Assembly: GCA_964016885.1 (NCBI GenBank)
Contig: OZ024761.1
Span: forward strand, 18,848,001 to 18,912,000
Direction: 5' to 3'
Origin: Eledone cirrhosa
Lineage: Eukaryota
DNA length: 64,000 nucleotides
In this document: positions 23,105 through 36,400 of the stretch, piece by piece
Numbering within the stretch: the first letter of the stretch is position 1
Layout: each line of letters starts with the position of its first letter
Program-made: the position numbers and the translations under genes
The notes under the pieces: model-generated
What the model was told of the DNA's origin: nothing
Databases searched by the model: none
The model's input: the letters and a program-made list of their open reading frames with translations, nothing else

Positions 23105-25357
23105 TAAATCTATTTTAGCATTTCTTTAATAAAGAACTACATACGATGTTCGACATAATTGAAAAGAGAAAAATATTCTTTTACTATTTCATAAGCTCTG
23201 GCAGGTATCGAACACCTCATATTTTACTTACGTCAAAAACGCAAACATGTATATATAATAATAATTTTTTGATAACTTTACAGTGACAAAATACATACAT
23301 CGATAGGGTTTCCAATCTCAGAAATATCTCCACTATAGATGTGTGTGTGTGTGTATATATCTTTATTATTCCTTTGAAAAGTAGTTTTAATTAAACATTT
23401 TTATATATTTCACTATTTCCAAAGTCCTGGCAGATATTGCAACTCCATCTGTAGATCCATTTAAATACATTGTATTTGACTTACATGAAATTAAATATAT
23501 AATTTGTTTTGAAATTTTGTTTTCATGTACCAAAATATAAACAAATTCGTAAGGTTTTCAGTCTCTTAAATGCATGGTTGTTATAGACACTTAACTGTTG
23601 TTGTAGGACTGTCGTATTTACCGTCATGTGTACATTTAAATCTGACTGAGTCAATCCTCCCATCCTCCTGGTCTAAAAACAGCCTATTTATTTTACAGGA
23701 GAGAAAGCGAGATACCTTTCTTATGCCTTTAAACGTTAATTTTGCACTTGACTTAAAATTCTTTCCCCTTCCCTTTAGATTGAATAAACAAAAATATTTC
23801 ACGTCTACACTTATATTCAACATAACTCATGTCAGTCTTCACAAGTTTTTGCTACATCTGATTCAAGCTGTTATGGCTTTGGGAGGAAAGTAATCACAAA
23901 GTAAAGTATCCAGCTAAGAATTTATTCCGTAGTACGTGTCATAAGAAATATTTGTAGTTCTAAGAAACCTAACAAATATATTTCAAATTTATCGGCAATT
24001 AAACAAAACTTAAAAATAAGCAATACTAAAGCCACAAACGTTTTTCTATCTACGTCTCTCCTGAAGAAAAAACAAAAACAAAACCGCTCGAATCATTACG
24101 AGGAGTGTAAACAGAAGAATATAGCTAATAAACAATTAATTTATGTATATGCATGTATGTATTGTGTGTAAACATACTGTAAGACAGACAGGCTCTAAGG
24201 AAAACATAACATTACCGTTTCTGAACACATTTCAGAGTCATACTAACTAAATCTATTTTAGCATTTTTTTAAGAAAGAACAACTCATGGTATTTGACATA
24301 AATGAAGAAAAAAAAAAAAAAATTGTTTTACTATTTCATAAGCTCTGGCAGATATTGAAATCCTATCTCTAGATTCGTTTAAATACATTATATTGGACTT
24401 ACTTGAATTTAAAACTGATGAAATTATTTAAAAAACTTTTGTACCAAAATAAAAATACACTATCAAGGTTTTTAGTCTCATAAATGCGTGGTGGTTATAG
24501 ACATTTAACTGTTGTTGTAGGGTGCCGGAATTACCGTCATATGGGCATTTAAACCTGACTGAGTCAATCCTCCCTCCTCCAGGTCTAAAAACAGCTGATT
24601 TATTTTGCCAGAGAGAAAGAGAAATACTTTTCTTGTCTTTAAACGTTAATTTTGCACTTTACTTATAATTCCTTTTTCTTCTGTTATGTTGAATATAATT
24701 GTTGAGGTTTGTTCAATCTAACTCATTAATCTCCACAGTCAAGTACCTGTTTTTACTATATCTGCTTCAAGCTGTTATAGGTGGGATAAGGCAGTACAAC
24801 CCAAAATAAAATGTCAATTTAAGGATTCACTCGTAGAAAGTGTCAAAAGAAGGGGCACTGATATAAGGTTTGTAGGCCTTAGCAACCTAAGAAATAGATT
24901 TTAAAGTTATCGGCAGTTAAACAAAACTTATAAATAGGCAATAATTTAGACAATTCAGTAGACCACTCAACTTTATTAATAATCAGAAAACAAGGCCACT
25001 TATTGACAATAGACCAGACAAAACATTTAACAAGAATTACTACAACGATGGTGCGAGAAGATCGTAGTTTCTAAATCAGAGAATGTTTCTTTAACAAACA
25101 CAAGTATATAAAAAGTAGAGGGGATATTGACAGTGCATAGAACTAGGAAATAACTTCTATCAAATAGATTTTCTAGTGGCTAGGAACTTAGTATCTCCAG
25201 TTATAATTGCGTTACACATGTTCAGTAAGTATTTTTCTATTGAAATCAAACTTAAAGGTATACTAAAGCCACAGACGTTTTCATATATATGTTTCATCTA
25301 AAGTCAAAAACGTAAGAATTATTACAAGCAGTGTAAACACGAATTAAAGCTAATAAA
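23105..25357. repeat. Old ~1.1-kb internal direct duplication within each unit (A 23105-24132, B 24248-25357)
   Basis: Shared colinear blocks: taaatctattttagcat, actatttcataagctctggcag, ctgactgagtcaatcctccc, tttaaacgttaattttgcactt, ttcaagctgttat, atactaaagccaca, gctaataaa. Confidence 0.85.
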
Positions 25358-26138
25358 TGTACCAAGAAGGCTACCTCAAGATTTGCAATTCATTCAAGAA
25401 GAAATCAAACTTATGCATATGTCGACGACATAATTATGGCTAGAGAGGACATGAAGAATCTACAACTAGGTGGAAGACAAGAGAAACGACCATACTACCT
25501 GAAATATTATATATTATGATAGTAATTATTTCTTATACTGTCATGCTTTTTCTTTAAAACGTTTGCATCTCAATAAAGTGGAGAAAACTATTATATACTG
25601 TTGTTATATCATTATACTTTAGTTTAAACTTATTTCTATCTCTTCACATTAGAAAGAATAAAAACTTAGTAAAATCCTATATGTGTATAAATATAATATA
25701 TGTAAGTGTGTTTGTAAGTATATAATAATAATATGCATGTTGACAAAGAGTTGTAAAAACCAAGCAAGTCAACCTACAGTTCTACACTAACAGAGACGGC
25801 ATAGAAAACGTTACCTCTTACAAGCGAATGCGAAAAGAGATTGTTTCAAAAATACCGGTGTAACACTAAATATATTACCGGTGCAACTATTTCAGTTTAC
25901 CCTTTTATAAACTCACTCCAGTCATTTCAAATCGTGTTCAGAGTACCGGCAGTAAGAAAAAAATAAAGCGTTTGTGAAGTTTCTAAATCTGCTAAAAATG
26001 ACAGCTAAATCTCTCACTCTGTCTCCAATGTGTAATAAACCGTGACTCATAGAAATATATATATTTGTATGTATGTGTGTATAAATATATATGTATATAC
26101 CTAAGAATGTACACACACACACACACACACACGTCTAT

Positions 26139-26169
<31 letters not shown>

Positions 26170-26371
26170 CATACATGCATATATATATATGTATATATAT
26201 GTATACATATATACATACATGCATATATATATATATACATGTGTGTCTATATATATATATATATGTACATATATGTGTAAATATGTATATATATTAGTGT
26301 ATATATATATTGCAATCTATATGCATACTCGTATAATTATACTGTATATTATTAGTCGATATATTCATATA

Positions 26372-26475
26372 CAATTACCCCTCCCCCGGCATTCGTGGGG
26401 TTTACAGTCCTAGAGAACCCGAGAACAGTGAAAAACCGCGAATATTGTAGGTGGTCCATAGAAATGCCTATAAAC
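26372..26475 (+). mobile_element. Tigger/pogo-like DNA transposon terminal remnant, one per unit; another end fragment at 20749-20786
   Basis: TA|CAGTAAACCCCGACATTCGCGG at 20749 and TA|CAATTACCC..GGCATTCGTGGGGTTTACAGTCC..GAAAAACCGCGAATA at 26372 resemble Tigger-type termini (from memory). Confidence 0.5.
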
Positions 26476-26620
26476 CTCAAAATACAACGTAAAATATAAT
26501 AAAAATCGAGCGAGCGTCTTATGCGTCCAATAGGCCAACAAATACAATATATTGTTGTTAATAATCTAGCGTTAAAACAATATATATTGTCACAAAAAAG
26601 GCATATATATATATATATAT

Positions 26621-26995
26621 TGTTTTGACTGCTATTTCTAGCATACACTAGAAAAAGCCGGAAGTGCAGAAAATTGAAAAACTTCTTCTTTTTCCCCCCT
26701 CTAACTTTTCAAACAAAAGAAAATTTTATGTAAACAAAAACGAAATTTTTGCCAAGAAAGATAACTCTTCTCTGACTTAAATCCAAAATTGGGATACAAA
26801 AAATTGCGGAATTTATTTTGTATCCCAATTTTAGATTTAAGTCAGAGAAGAGTTATCTTTCTTGGCAAAAATTTCGTTTTTGTTTACATAAAATTTCCTT
26901 TTGTTTGAAAAGTTAAAGGAGGGAAAAAGAAGAAGTTTTTCAATTTTCTACCCTTCCGGTTTTTCTTTTTTATGCTAGAAAGAACAGTGAAAGTA
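26621..26995. repeat. Long palindrome or foldback, one per unit
   Basis: ~105-bp near-perfect arms (26702-26805 / 26810-26915) around a GCGG loop, extending imperfectly to ~185 bp per arm. Confidence 0.92.
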
Positions 26996-27004
26996 ATATA
27001 TATG

Positions 27005-27068
<64 letters not shown>

Positions 27069-27178
27069 GAAATAAACACACAGATATATATATATATACA
27101 CACATATATATCTATATATGTGTGTATGTATACATATGTTTATGTATATATATAAGTATTTATATGTATATATACATT

Positions 27179-27218
<40 letters not shown>

Positions 27219-30200
27219 TATTTATATGTACACACACACACACACATATATACTGTGCCAATCTATTGAGTACATTGTATTTATTGTGGTTTCTCTCCGA
27301 CGCGACCTGTGAATCTACACACACACATATATATATATTTATTTATATATATATATATATTAGAAGAGGTAAGACGAGTCGCACCCAAAGTACGACATTT
27401 GGCTGTTTCTAGCAGGTTTAGAATTTACTAGTTTCCAAACAGAATTCTGTTTTACACCCCCTCACTCTAAACTCGATTTCAAATTACCGGGTAGTTTGTT
27501 GAAGCACGGTTCAACTGAAATATCTACACCGGTAACTTAATTAGTGTTACACCGGTATACCTGAGGCATAAACTATTTGGCATTCTTCGAAGGAGGTACT
27601 GGTTTTTTCGCTGTCTTAAATGGTGTATATACGCACACACATAAATTAATGTTTATCTCTGTACAAAGAGATTAACATCATTTCTTAAATTATTATTTAG
27701 GGTTTTACAACAAAACGTATTGTATGTGTAATTATACATACATTGAATTTAAGTATTTATTTTTTAATTTTACATACATTTTAGTAGTATATATATATAT
27801 ATATTCATTTGTGTGTGCGTTAATTTCGTGGGTAACTGCAGTTAACGTTCGTCTCGTGTTGGGTTTTATTACAGAGTTAAAGTGACTGTAGAGTGTGAAT
27901 AAAAAAAGTAAGAAAGATCGAAAACACTGTTGCTGTATATATATATAAATTTTATTGGCACATTAAAATTGTTTCAATATTGATAGTTCGGAGTACAATC
28001 ATAATATGTATATATTTTTCACATGAAATCAATATTCAAACTGACCCCAGTGTGTTTATTTTAAAGCGACGAAATTCTACCTCCCAGGGATTTGAACACA
28101 GTTTCATGTTACTGGGTGGTACGATGAAGCAGAGAGAGAGTATAAAATCGCTACACTGGTGGCATATTTAGTGTTTCACCGGTTTTCTTATAACAACACA
28201 CTGGATACGACGTGCATGAGAGAGGTAAAGTTTTATTTGTCTTCCGTGTTAGAGTATAACTGTAGTTTGACTTGTTAAATTTATAGTATATGTTTGTTAT
28301 ATATATTCTTAACTATGCAATGATAGCATCTCAGTCACTAATTTCATCTCTTTGGAGGTTACTGCTCTGATGTCATCTCTTCCACTAAGACACTCTCCAT
28401 AGCCTTGCCTCTCCTCGTAACATCACCCAAAGTTGTATCAATCTCCACCAAGCCAACACTTCTCATTATCTCTAAGAAAGCCACCTTAAGCAAGTGTTTC
28501 GACGTGTGTGTGTGTAGAATAAACGCAAGGTTTGACGAAACAAGAAAATAAAAAATATTCCTTCTAATATATATATCTTGTACATTGTATTATATTAAGG
28601 TGTTTCTGTAAATTAAAAACAATGAAAGTGACACCTAAATTTAACGTCACTTTGATATTAACAGACATTCTTCATCTTCATAGTAAGTTCAATCAAGGGT
28701 TTACTACTTGGTGTATTTATGTGTCTTTGTCTCATCTCCAAATAAAGTTTTAAATGGTATGGCAACGTGTTGAAGTGAATCACGTTTATTTATATGCTGA
28801 CTGTGTTACGACTAGAAAGAGAAAAATAAAGCTTTAAATGGTATGACTACGTGTTCAAATCAAGCAAATTCCTTACAGTGTGAGGATAAAAAAAGTTAAT
28901 GTTTTAAGTTGATTCGAAATCCAACCACGGCATTCCCCAGTCCTATGTCTTACCACTAGACTATAAAGACTTAAGTGATTTTCTTTTGAATATTTACATA
29001 TATAAACTTATTTTTAGTCTAACAATAAAATAGCTTTAAATGTGTTTATTTTCACTCCGTATTTGTTGGTCTGTAGGTAGCCGTGTGGATAGTTGTGGTG
29101 TATCTATGCATCAATTCAGTGTGTATAGATTTGGAGATAGGGTTTCGATCTTCTACTTTATCTTAAATATAAAACATTTTTATTTTTTTTATTTTAAATA
29201 TTGGTCTCTATCTTCTGGGATACCCGGGGCCACGATCATCTCGAACCACCCTTCTAGTTCCCCCTCCGCTCGAACCTACACTACCACCACTTTACCAGAC
29301 GCCCGCCAAGCGGCCGTAATTCTACTGTGCAAATTTCATATATTTAAATCTATTTTAGCATTTCTTTAATAAAGAACTACATACGATGTTCGACATAATT
29401 GAAAAGAGAAAAATATTCTTTTACTATTTCATAAGCTCTGGCAGGTATCGAACACCTCATATTTTACTTACGTCAAAAACGCAAACATGTATATATAATA
29501 ATAATTTTTTGATAACTTTACAGTGACAAAATACATACATCGATAGGGTTTCCAATCTCAGAAATATCTCCACTATAGATGTGTGTGTGTGTGTATATAT
29601 CTTTATTATTCCTTTGAAAAGTAGTTTTAATTAAACATTTTTATATATTTCACTATTTCCAAAGTCCTGGCAGATATTGCAACTCCATCTGTAGATTCAT
29701 TTAAATACATTGTATTTGACTTACATGAAATTAAATATATAATTTGTTTTGAAATTTTGTTTTCATGTACCAAAATATAAACAAATTCGTAAGGTTTTCA
29801 GTCTCTTAAATGCATGGTTGTTATAGACACTTAACTGTTGTTGTAGGACTGTCGTATTTACCGTCATGTGTACATTTAAATCTGACTGAGTCAATCCTCC
29901 CATCCTCCTGGTCTAAAAACAGCCTATTTATTTTACAGGAGAGAAAGCGAGATACCTTTCTTATGCCTTTAAACGTTAATTTTGCACTTGACTTAAAATT
30001 CTTTCCCCTTCCCTTTAGATTGAATAAACAAAAATATTTCACGTCTACACTTATATTCAACATAACTCATGTCAGTCTTCACAAGTTTTTGCTACATCTG
30101 ATTCAAGCTGTTATGGCTTTGGGAGGAAAGTAATCACAAAGTAAAGTATCCAGCTAAGAATTTATTCCGTAGTACGTGTCATAAGAAATATTTGTAGTTC

Positions 30201-32380
30201 TAAGAAACCTAACAAATATATTTCAAATTTATCGGCAATTAAACAAAACTTAAAAATAAGCAATACTAAAGCCACAAACGTTTTTCTATCTACGTCTCTC
30301 CTGAAGAAAAAACAAAAACAAAACCGCTCGAATCATTACGAGGAGTGTAAACAGAAGAATATAGCTAATAAACAATTAATTTATGTATATGCATGTATGT
30401 ATTGTGTGTAAACATACTGTAAGACAGACAGGCTCTAAGGAAAACATAACATTACCGTTTCTGAACACATTTCAGAGTCATACTAACTAAATCTATTTTA
30501 GCATTTTTTTAAGAAAGAACAACTCATGGTATTTGACATAAATGAAGAAAAAAAAAAAAAAATTGTTTTACTATTTCATAAGCTCTGGCAGATATTGAAA
30601 TCCTATCTCTAGATTCGTTTAAATACATTATATTGGACTTACTTGAATTTAAAACTGATGAAATTATTTAAAAAACTTTTGTACCAAAATAAAAATACAC
30701 TATCAAGGTTTTTAGTCTCATAAATGCGTGGTGGTTATAGACATTTAACTGTTGTTGTAGGGTGCCGGAATTACCGTCATATGGGCATTTAAACCTGACT
30801 GAGTCAATCCTCCCTCCTCCAGGTCTAAAAACAGCTGATTTATTTTGCCAGAGAGAAAGAGAAATACTTTTCTTGTCTTTAAACGTTAATTTTGCACTTT
30901 ACTTATAATTCCTTTTTCTTCTGTTATGTTGAATATAATTGTTGAGGTTTGTTCAATCTAACTCATTAATCTCCACAGTCAAGTACCTGTTTTTACTATA
31001 TCTGCTTCAAGCTGTTATAGGTGGGATAAGGCAGTACAACCCAAAATAAAATGTCAATTTAAGGATTCACTCGTAGAAAGTGTCAAAAGAAGGGGCACTG
31101 ATATAAGGTTTGTAGGCCTTAGCAACCTAAGAAATAGATTTTAAAGTTATCGGCAGTTAAACAAAACTTATAAATAGGCAATAATTTAGACAATTCAGTA
31201 GACCACTCAACTTTATTAATAATCAGAAAACAAGGCCACTTATTGACAATAGACCAGACAAAACATTTAACAAGAATTACTACAACGATGGTGCGAGAAG
31301 ATCGTAGTTTCTAAATCAGAGAATGTTTCTTTAACAAACACAAGTATATAAAAAGTAGAGGGGATATTGACAGTGCATAGAACTAGGAAATAACTTCTAT
31401 CAAATAGATTTTCTAGTGGCTAGGAACTTAGTATCTCCAGTTATAATTGCGTTACACATGTTCAGTAAGTATTTTTCTATTGAAATCAAACTTAAAGGTA
31501 TACTAAAGCCACAGACGTTTTCATATATATGTTTCATCTAAAGTCAAAAACGTAAGAATTATTACAAGCAGTGTAAACACGAATTAAAGCTAATAAATGT
31601 ACCAAGAAGGCTACCTCAAGATTTGCAATTCATTCAAGAAGAAATCAAACTTATGCATATGTCGACGACATAATTATGGCTAGAGAGGACATGAAGAATC
31701 TACAACTAGGTGGAAGACAAGAGAAACGACCATACTACCTGAAATATTATATATTATGATAGTAATTATTTCTTATACTGTCATGCTTTTTCTTTAAAAC
31801 GTTTGCATCTCAATAAAGTGGAGAAAACTATTATATACTGTTGTTATATCATTATACTTTAGTTTAAACTTATTTCTATCTCTTCACATTAGAAAGAATA
31901 AAAACTTAGTAAAATCCTATATGTGTATAAATATAATATATGTAAGTGTGTTTGTAAGTATATAATAATAATATGCATGTTGACAAAGAGTTGTAAAAAC
32001 CAAGCAAGTCAACCTACAGTTCTACACTAACAGAGACGGCATAGAAAACGTTACCTCTTACAAGCGAATGCGAAAAGAGATTGTTTCAAAAATACCGGTG
32101 TAACACTAAATATATTACCGGTGCAACTATTTCAGTTTACCCTTTTATAAACTCACTCCAGTCATTTCAAATCGTGTTCAGAGTACCGGCAGTAAGAAAA
32201 AAATAAAGCGTTTGTGAAGTTTCTAAATCTGCTAAAAATGACAGCTAAATCTCTCACTCTGTCTCCAATGTGTAATAAACCGTGACTCATAGAAATATAT
32301 ATATTTGTATGTATGTGTGTATAAATATATATGTATATACCTAAGAATGTACACACACACACACACACACACACGTCTAT

Positions 32381-32411
<31 letters not shown>

Positions 32412-33246
32412 CATACATGCATATATATATATGTATATATATGTATACATATATACATACATGCATATATATATATATACATGTGTGTCTATATATATAT
32501 ATATATGTACATATATGTGTAAATATGTATATATATTAGTGTATATATATATTGCAATCTATATGCATACTCGTATAATTATACTGTATATTATTAGTCG
32601 ATATATTCATATACAATTACCCCTCCCCCGGCATTCGTGGGGTTTACAGTCCTAGAGAACCCGAGAACAGTGAAAAACCGCGAATATTGTAGGTGGTCCA
32701 TAGAAATGCCTATAAACCTCAAAATACAACGTAAAATATAATAAAAATCGAGCGAGCGTCTTATGCGTCCAATAGGCCAACAAATACAATATATTGTTGT
32801 TAATAATCTAGCGTTAAAACAATATATATTGTCACAAAAAAGGCATATATATATATATATATTGTTTTGACTGCTATTTCTAGCATACACTAGAAAAAGC
32901 CGGAAGTGCAGAAAATTGAAAAACTTCTTCTTTTTCCCCCCTCTAACTTTTCAAACAAAAGAAAATTTTATGTAAACAAAAACGAAATTTTTGCCAAGAA
33001 AGATAACTCTTCTCTGACTTAAATCCAAAATTGGGATACAAAAAATTGCGGAATTTATTTTGTATCCCAATTTTAGATTTAAGTCAGAGAAGAGTTATCT
33101 TTCTTGGCAAAAATTTCGTTTTTGTTTACATAAAATTTCCTTTTGTTTGAAAAGTTAAAGGAGGGAAAAAGAAGAAGTTTTTCAATTTTCTACCCTTCCG
33201 GTTTTTCTTTTTTATGCTAGAAAGAACAGTGAAAGTAATATATATG

Positions 33247-33310
<64 letters not shown>

Positions 33311-33421
33311 GAAATAAACACACAGATATATATATATATACACACATATATATCTATATATGTGTGTATGTATACATATGTTTATGTATATATATAAGTA
33401 TTTATATGTATATATACATTT

Positions 33422-33462
<41 letters not shown>

Positions 33463-36400
33463 TATTTATATGTACACACACACACACACATATATACTGT
33501 GCCAATCTATTGAGTACATTGTATTTATTGTGGTTTCTCTCCGACGCGACCTGTGAATCTACACACACACATATATATATATTTATTTATATATATATAT
33601 ATATATTAGAAGAGGTAAGACGAGTCGCACCCAAAGTACGACATTTGGCTGTTTCTAGCAGGTTTAGAATTTACTAGTTTCCAAACAGAATTCTGTTTTA
33701 CACCCCCTCACTCTAAACTCGATTTCAAATTACCGGGTAGTTTGTTGAAGCACGGTTCAACTGAAATATCTACACCGGTAACTTAATTAGTGTTACACCG
33801 GTATACCTGAGGCATAAACTATTTGGCATTCTTCGAAGGAGGTACTGGTTTTTTCGCTGTCTTAAATGGTGTATATACGCACACACATAAATTAATGTTT
33901 ATCTCTGTACAAAGAGATTAACATCATTTCTTAAATTATTATTTAGGGTTTTACAACAAAACGTATTGTATGTGTAATTATACATACATTGAATTTAAGT
34001 ATTTATTTTTTAATTTTACATACATTTTAGTAGTATATATATATATATATTCATTTGTGTGTGCGTTAATTTCGTGGGTAACTGCAGTTAACGTTCGTCT
34101 CGTGTTGGGTTTTATTACAGAGTTAAAGTGACTGTAGAGTGTGAATAAAAAAAGTAAGAAAGATCGAAAACACTGTTGCTGTATATATATATAAATTTTA
34201 TTGGCACATTAAAATTGTTTCAATATTGATAGTTCGGAGTACAATCATAATATGTATATATTTTTCACATGAAATCAATATTCAAACTGACCCCAGTGTG
34301 TTTATTTTAAAGCGACGAAATTCTACCTCCCAGGGATTTGAACACAGTTTCATGTTACTGGGTGGTACGATGAAGCAGAGAGAGAGTATAAAATCGCTAC
34401 ACTGGTGGCATATTTAGTGTTTCACCGGTTTTCTTATAACAACACACTGGATACGACGTGCATGAGAGAGGTAAAGTTTTATTTGTCTTCCGTGTTAGAG
34501 TATAACTGTAGTTTGACTTGTTAAATTTATAGTATATGTTTGTTATATATATTCTTAACTATGCAATGATAGCATCTCAGTCACTAATTTCATCTCTTTG
34601 GAGGTTACTGCTCTGATGTCATCTCTTCCACTAAGACACTCTCCATAGCCTTGCCTCTCCTCGTAACATCACCCAAAGTTGTATCAATCTCCACCAAGCC
34701 AACACTTCTCATTATCTCTAAGAAAGCCACCTTAAGCAAGTGTTTCGACGTGTGTGTGTGTAGAATAAACGCAAGGTTTGACGAAACAAGAAAATAAAAA
34801 ATATTCCTTCTAATATATATATCTTGTACATTGTATTATATTAAGGTGTTTCTGTAAATTAAAAACAATGAAAGTGACACCTAAATTTAACGTCACTTTG
34901 ATATTAACAGACATTCTTCATCTTCATAGTAAGTTCAATCAAGGGTTTACTACTTGGTGTATTTATGTGTCTTTGTCTCATCTCCAAATAAAGTTTTAAA
35001 TGGTATGGCAACGTGTTGAAGTGAATCACGTTTATTTATATGCTGACTGTGTTACGACTAGAAAGAGAAAAATAAAGCTTTAAATGGTATGACTACGTGT
35101 TCAAATCAAGCAAATTCCTTACAGTGTGAGGATAAAAAAAGTTAATGTTTTAAGTTGATTCGAAATCCAACCACGGCATTCCCCAGTCCTATGTCTTACC
35201 ACTAGACTATAAAGACTTAAGTGATTTTCTTTTGAATATTTACATATATAAACTTATTTTTAGTCTAACAATAAAATAGCTTTAAATGTGTTTATTTTCA
35301 CTCCGTATTTGTTGGTCTGTAGGTAGCCGTGTGGATAGTTGTGGTGTATCTATGCATCAATTCAGTGTGTATAGATTTGGAGATAGGGTTTCGATCTTCT
35401 ACTTTATCTTAAATATAAAACATTTTTATTTTTTTTATTTTAAATATTGGTCTCTATCTTCTGGGATACCCGGGGCCACGATCATCTCGAAGCCACCCTT
35501 CTAGTTCCCCCTCCGCTCGAACCTACACTACCACCACTTTACCAGACGCCCGCCAAGCGGCCGTAATTCTACTGTGCAAATTTCATATATTTAAATCTAT
35601 TTTAGCATTTCTTTAATAAAGAACTACATACGATGTTTGACATAATTGAAAAGAGAAAAATATTCTTTTACTATTTCATAAGCTCTGGCAGGTATCGAAC
35701 ACCTCATATTTTACTTACGTCAAAAACGCAAACATGTATATATAATAATAATTTTTTGATAACTTTACAGTGACAAAATACATACATCGATAGGGTTTCC
35801 AATCTCAGAAATATCTCCACTAGAGATGTGTGTGTGTGTGTATATATCTTTATTATTCCTTTGAAAAGTAGTTTTAATTAAACATTTTTATATATTTCAC
35901 TATTTCCAAAGTCCTGGCAGATATTGCAACTCCATCTGTAGATCCATTTAAATACATTGTATTTGACTTACATGAAATTAAATATATAATTTGTTTTTAA
36001 ATTTTGTTTTCATGTACCAAAATATAAACAAATTCGTAAGGTTTTCAGTCTCTTAAATGCATGGTTGTTATAGACACTTAACTGTTGTTGTAGGACTGTC
36101 GTATTTACCGTCATGTGTACATTTAAATCTGACTGAGTCAATCCTCCCATCCTCCTGGTCTAAAAACAGCCTATTTATTTTACAGGAGAGAAAGCGAGAT
36201 ACCTTTCTTATGCCTTTAAACGTTAATTTTGCACTTGACTTAAAATTCTTTCCCCTTCCCTTTAGATTGAATAAACAAAAATATTTCACGTCTACACTTA
36301 TATTCAACATAACTCATGTCAGTCTTCACAAGTTTTTGCTACATCTGATTCAAGCTGTTATGGCTTTGGGAGGAAAGTAATCACAAAGTAAAGTATCCAG

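Noticed and set aside
23570-23893. 107-aa ORF identical in all seven units, as evidence of a conserved gene
   Set aside because: Identity only reflects array homogeneity; no recognisable domain, and the paralogous B segment has stops. Kept only as an ambiguous finding.
24405-24450. CTGATGA in the array unit as a hammerhead core
   Set aside because: No stem II or downstream GAAA/NUH arrangement.
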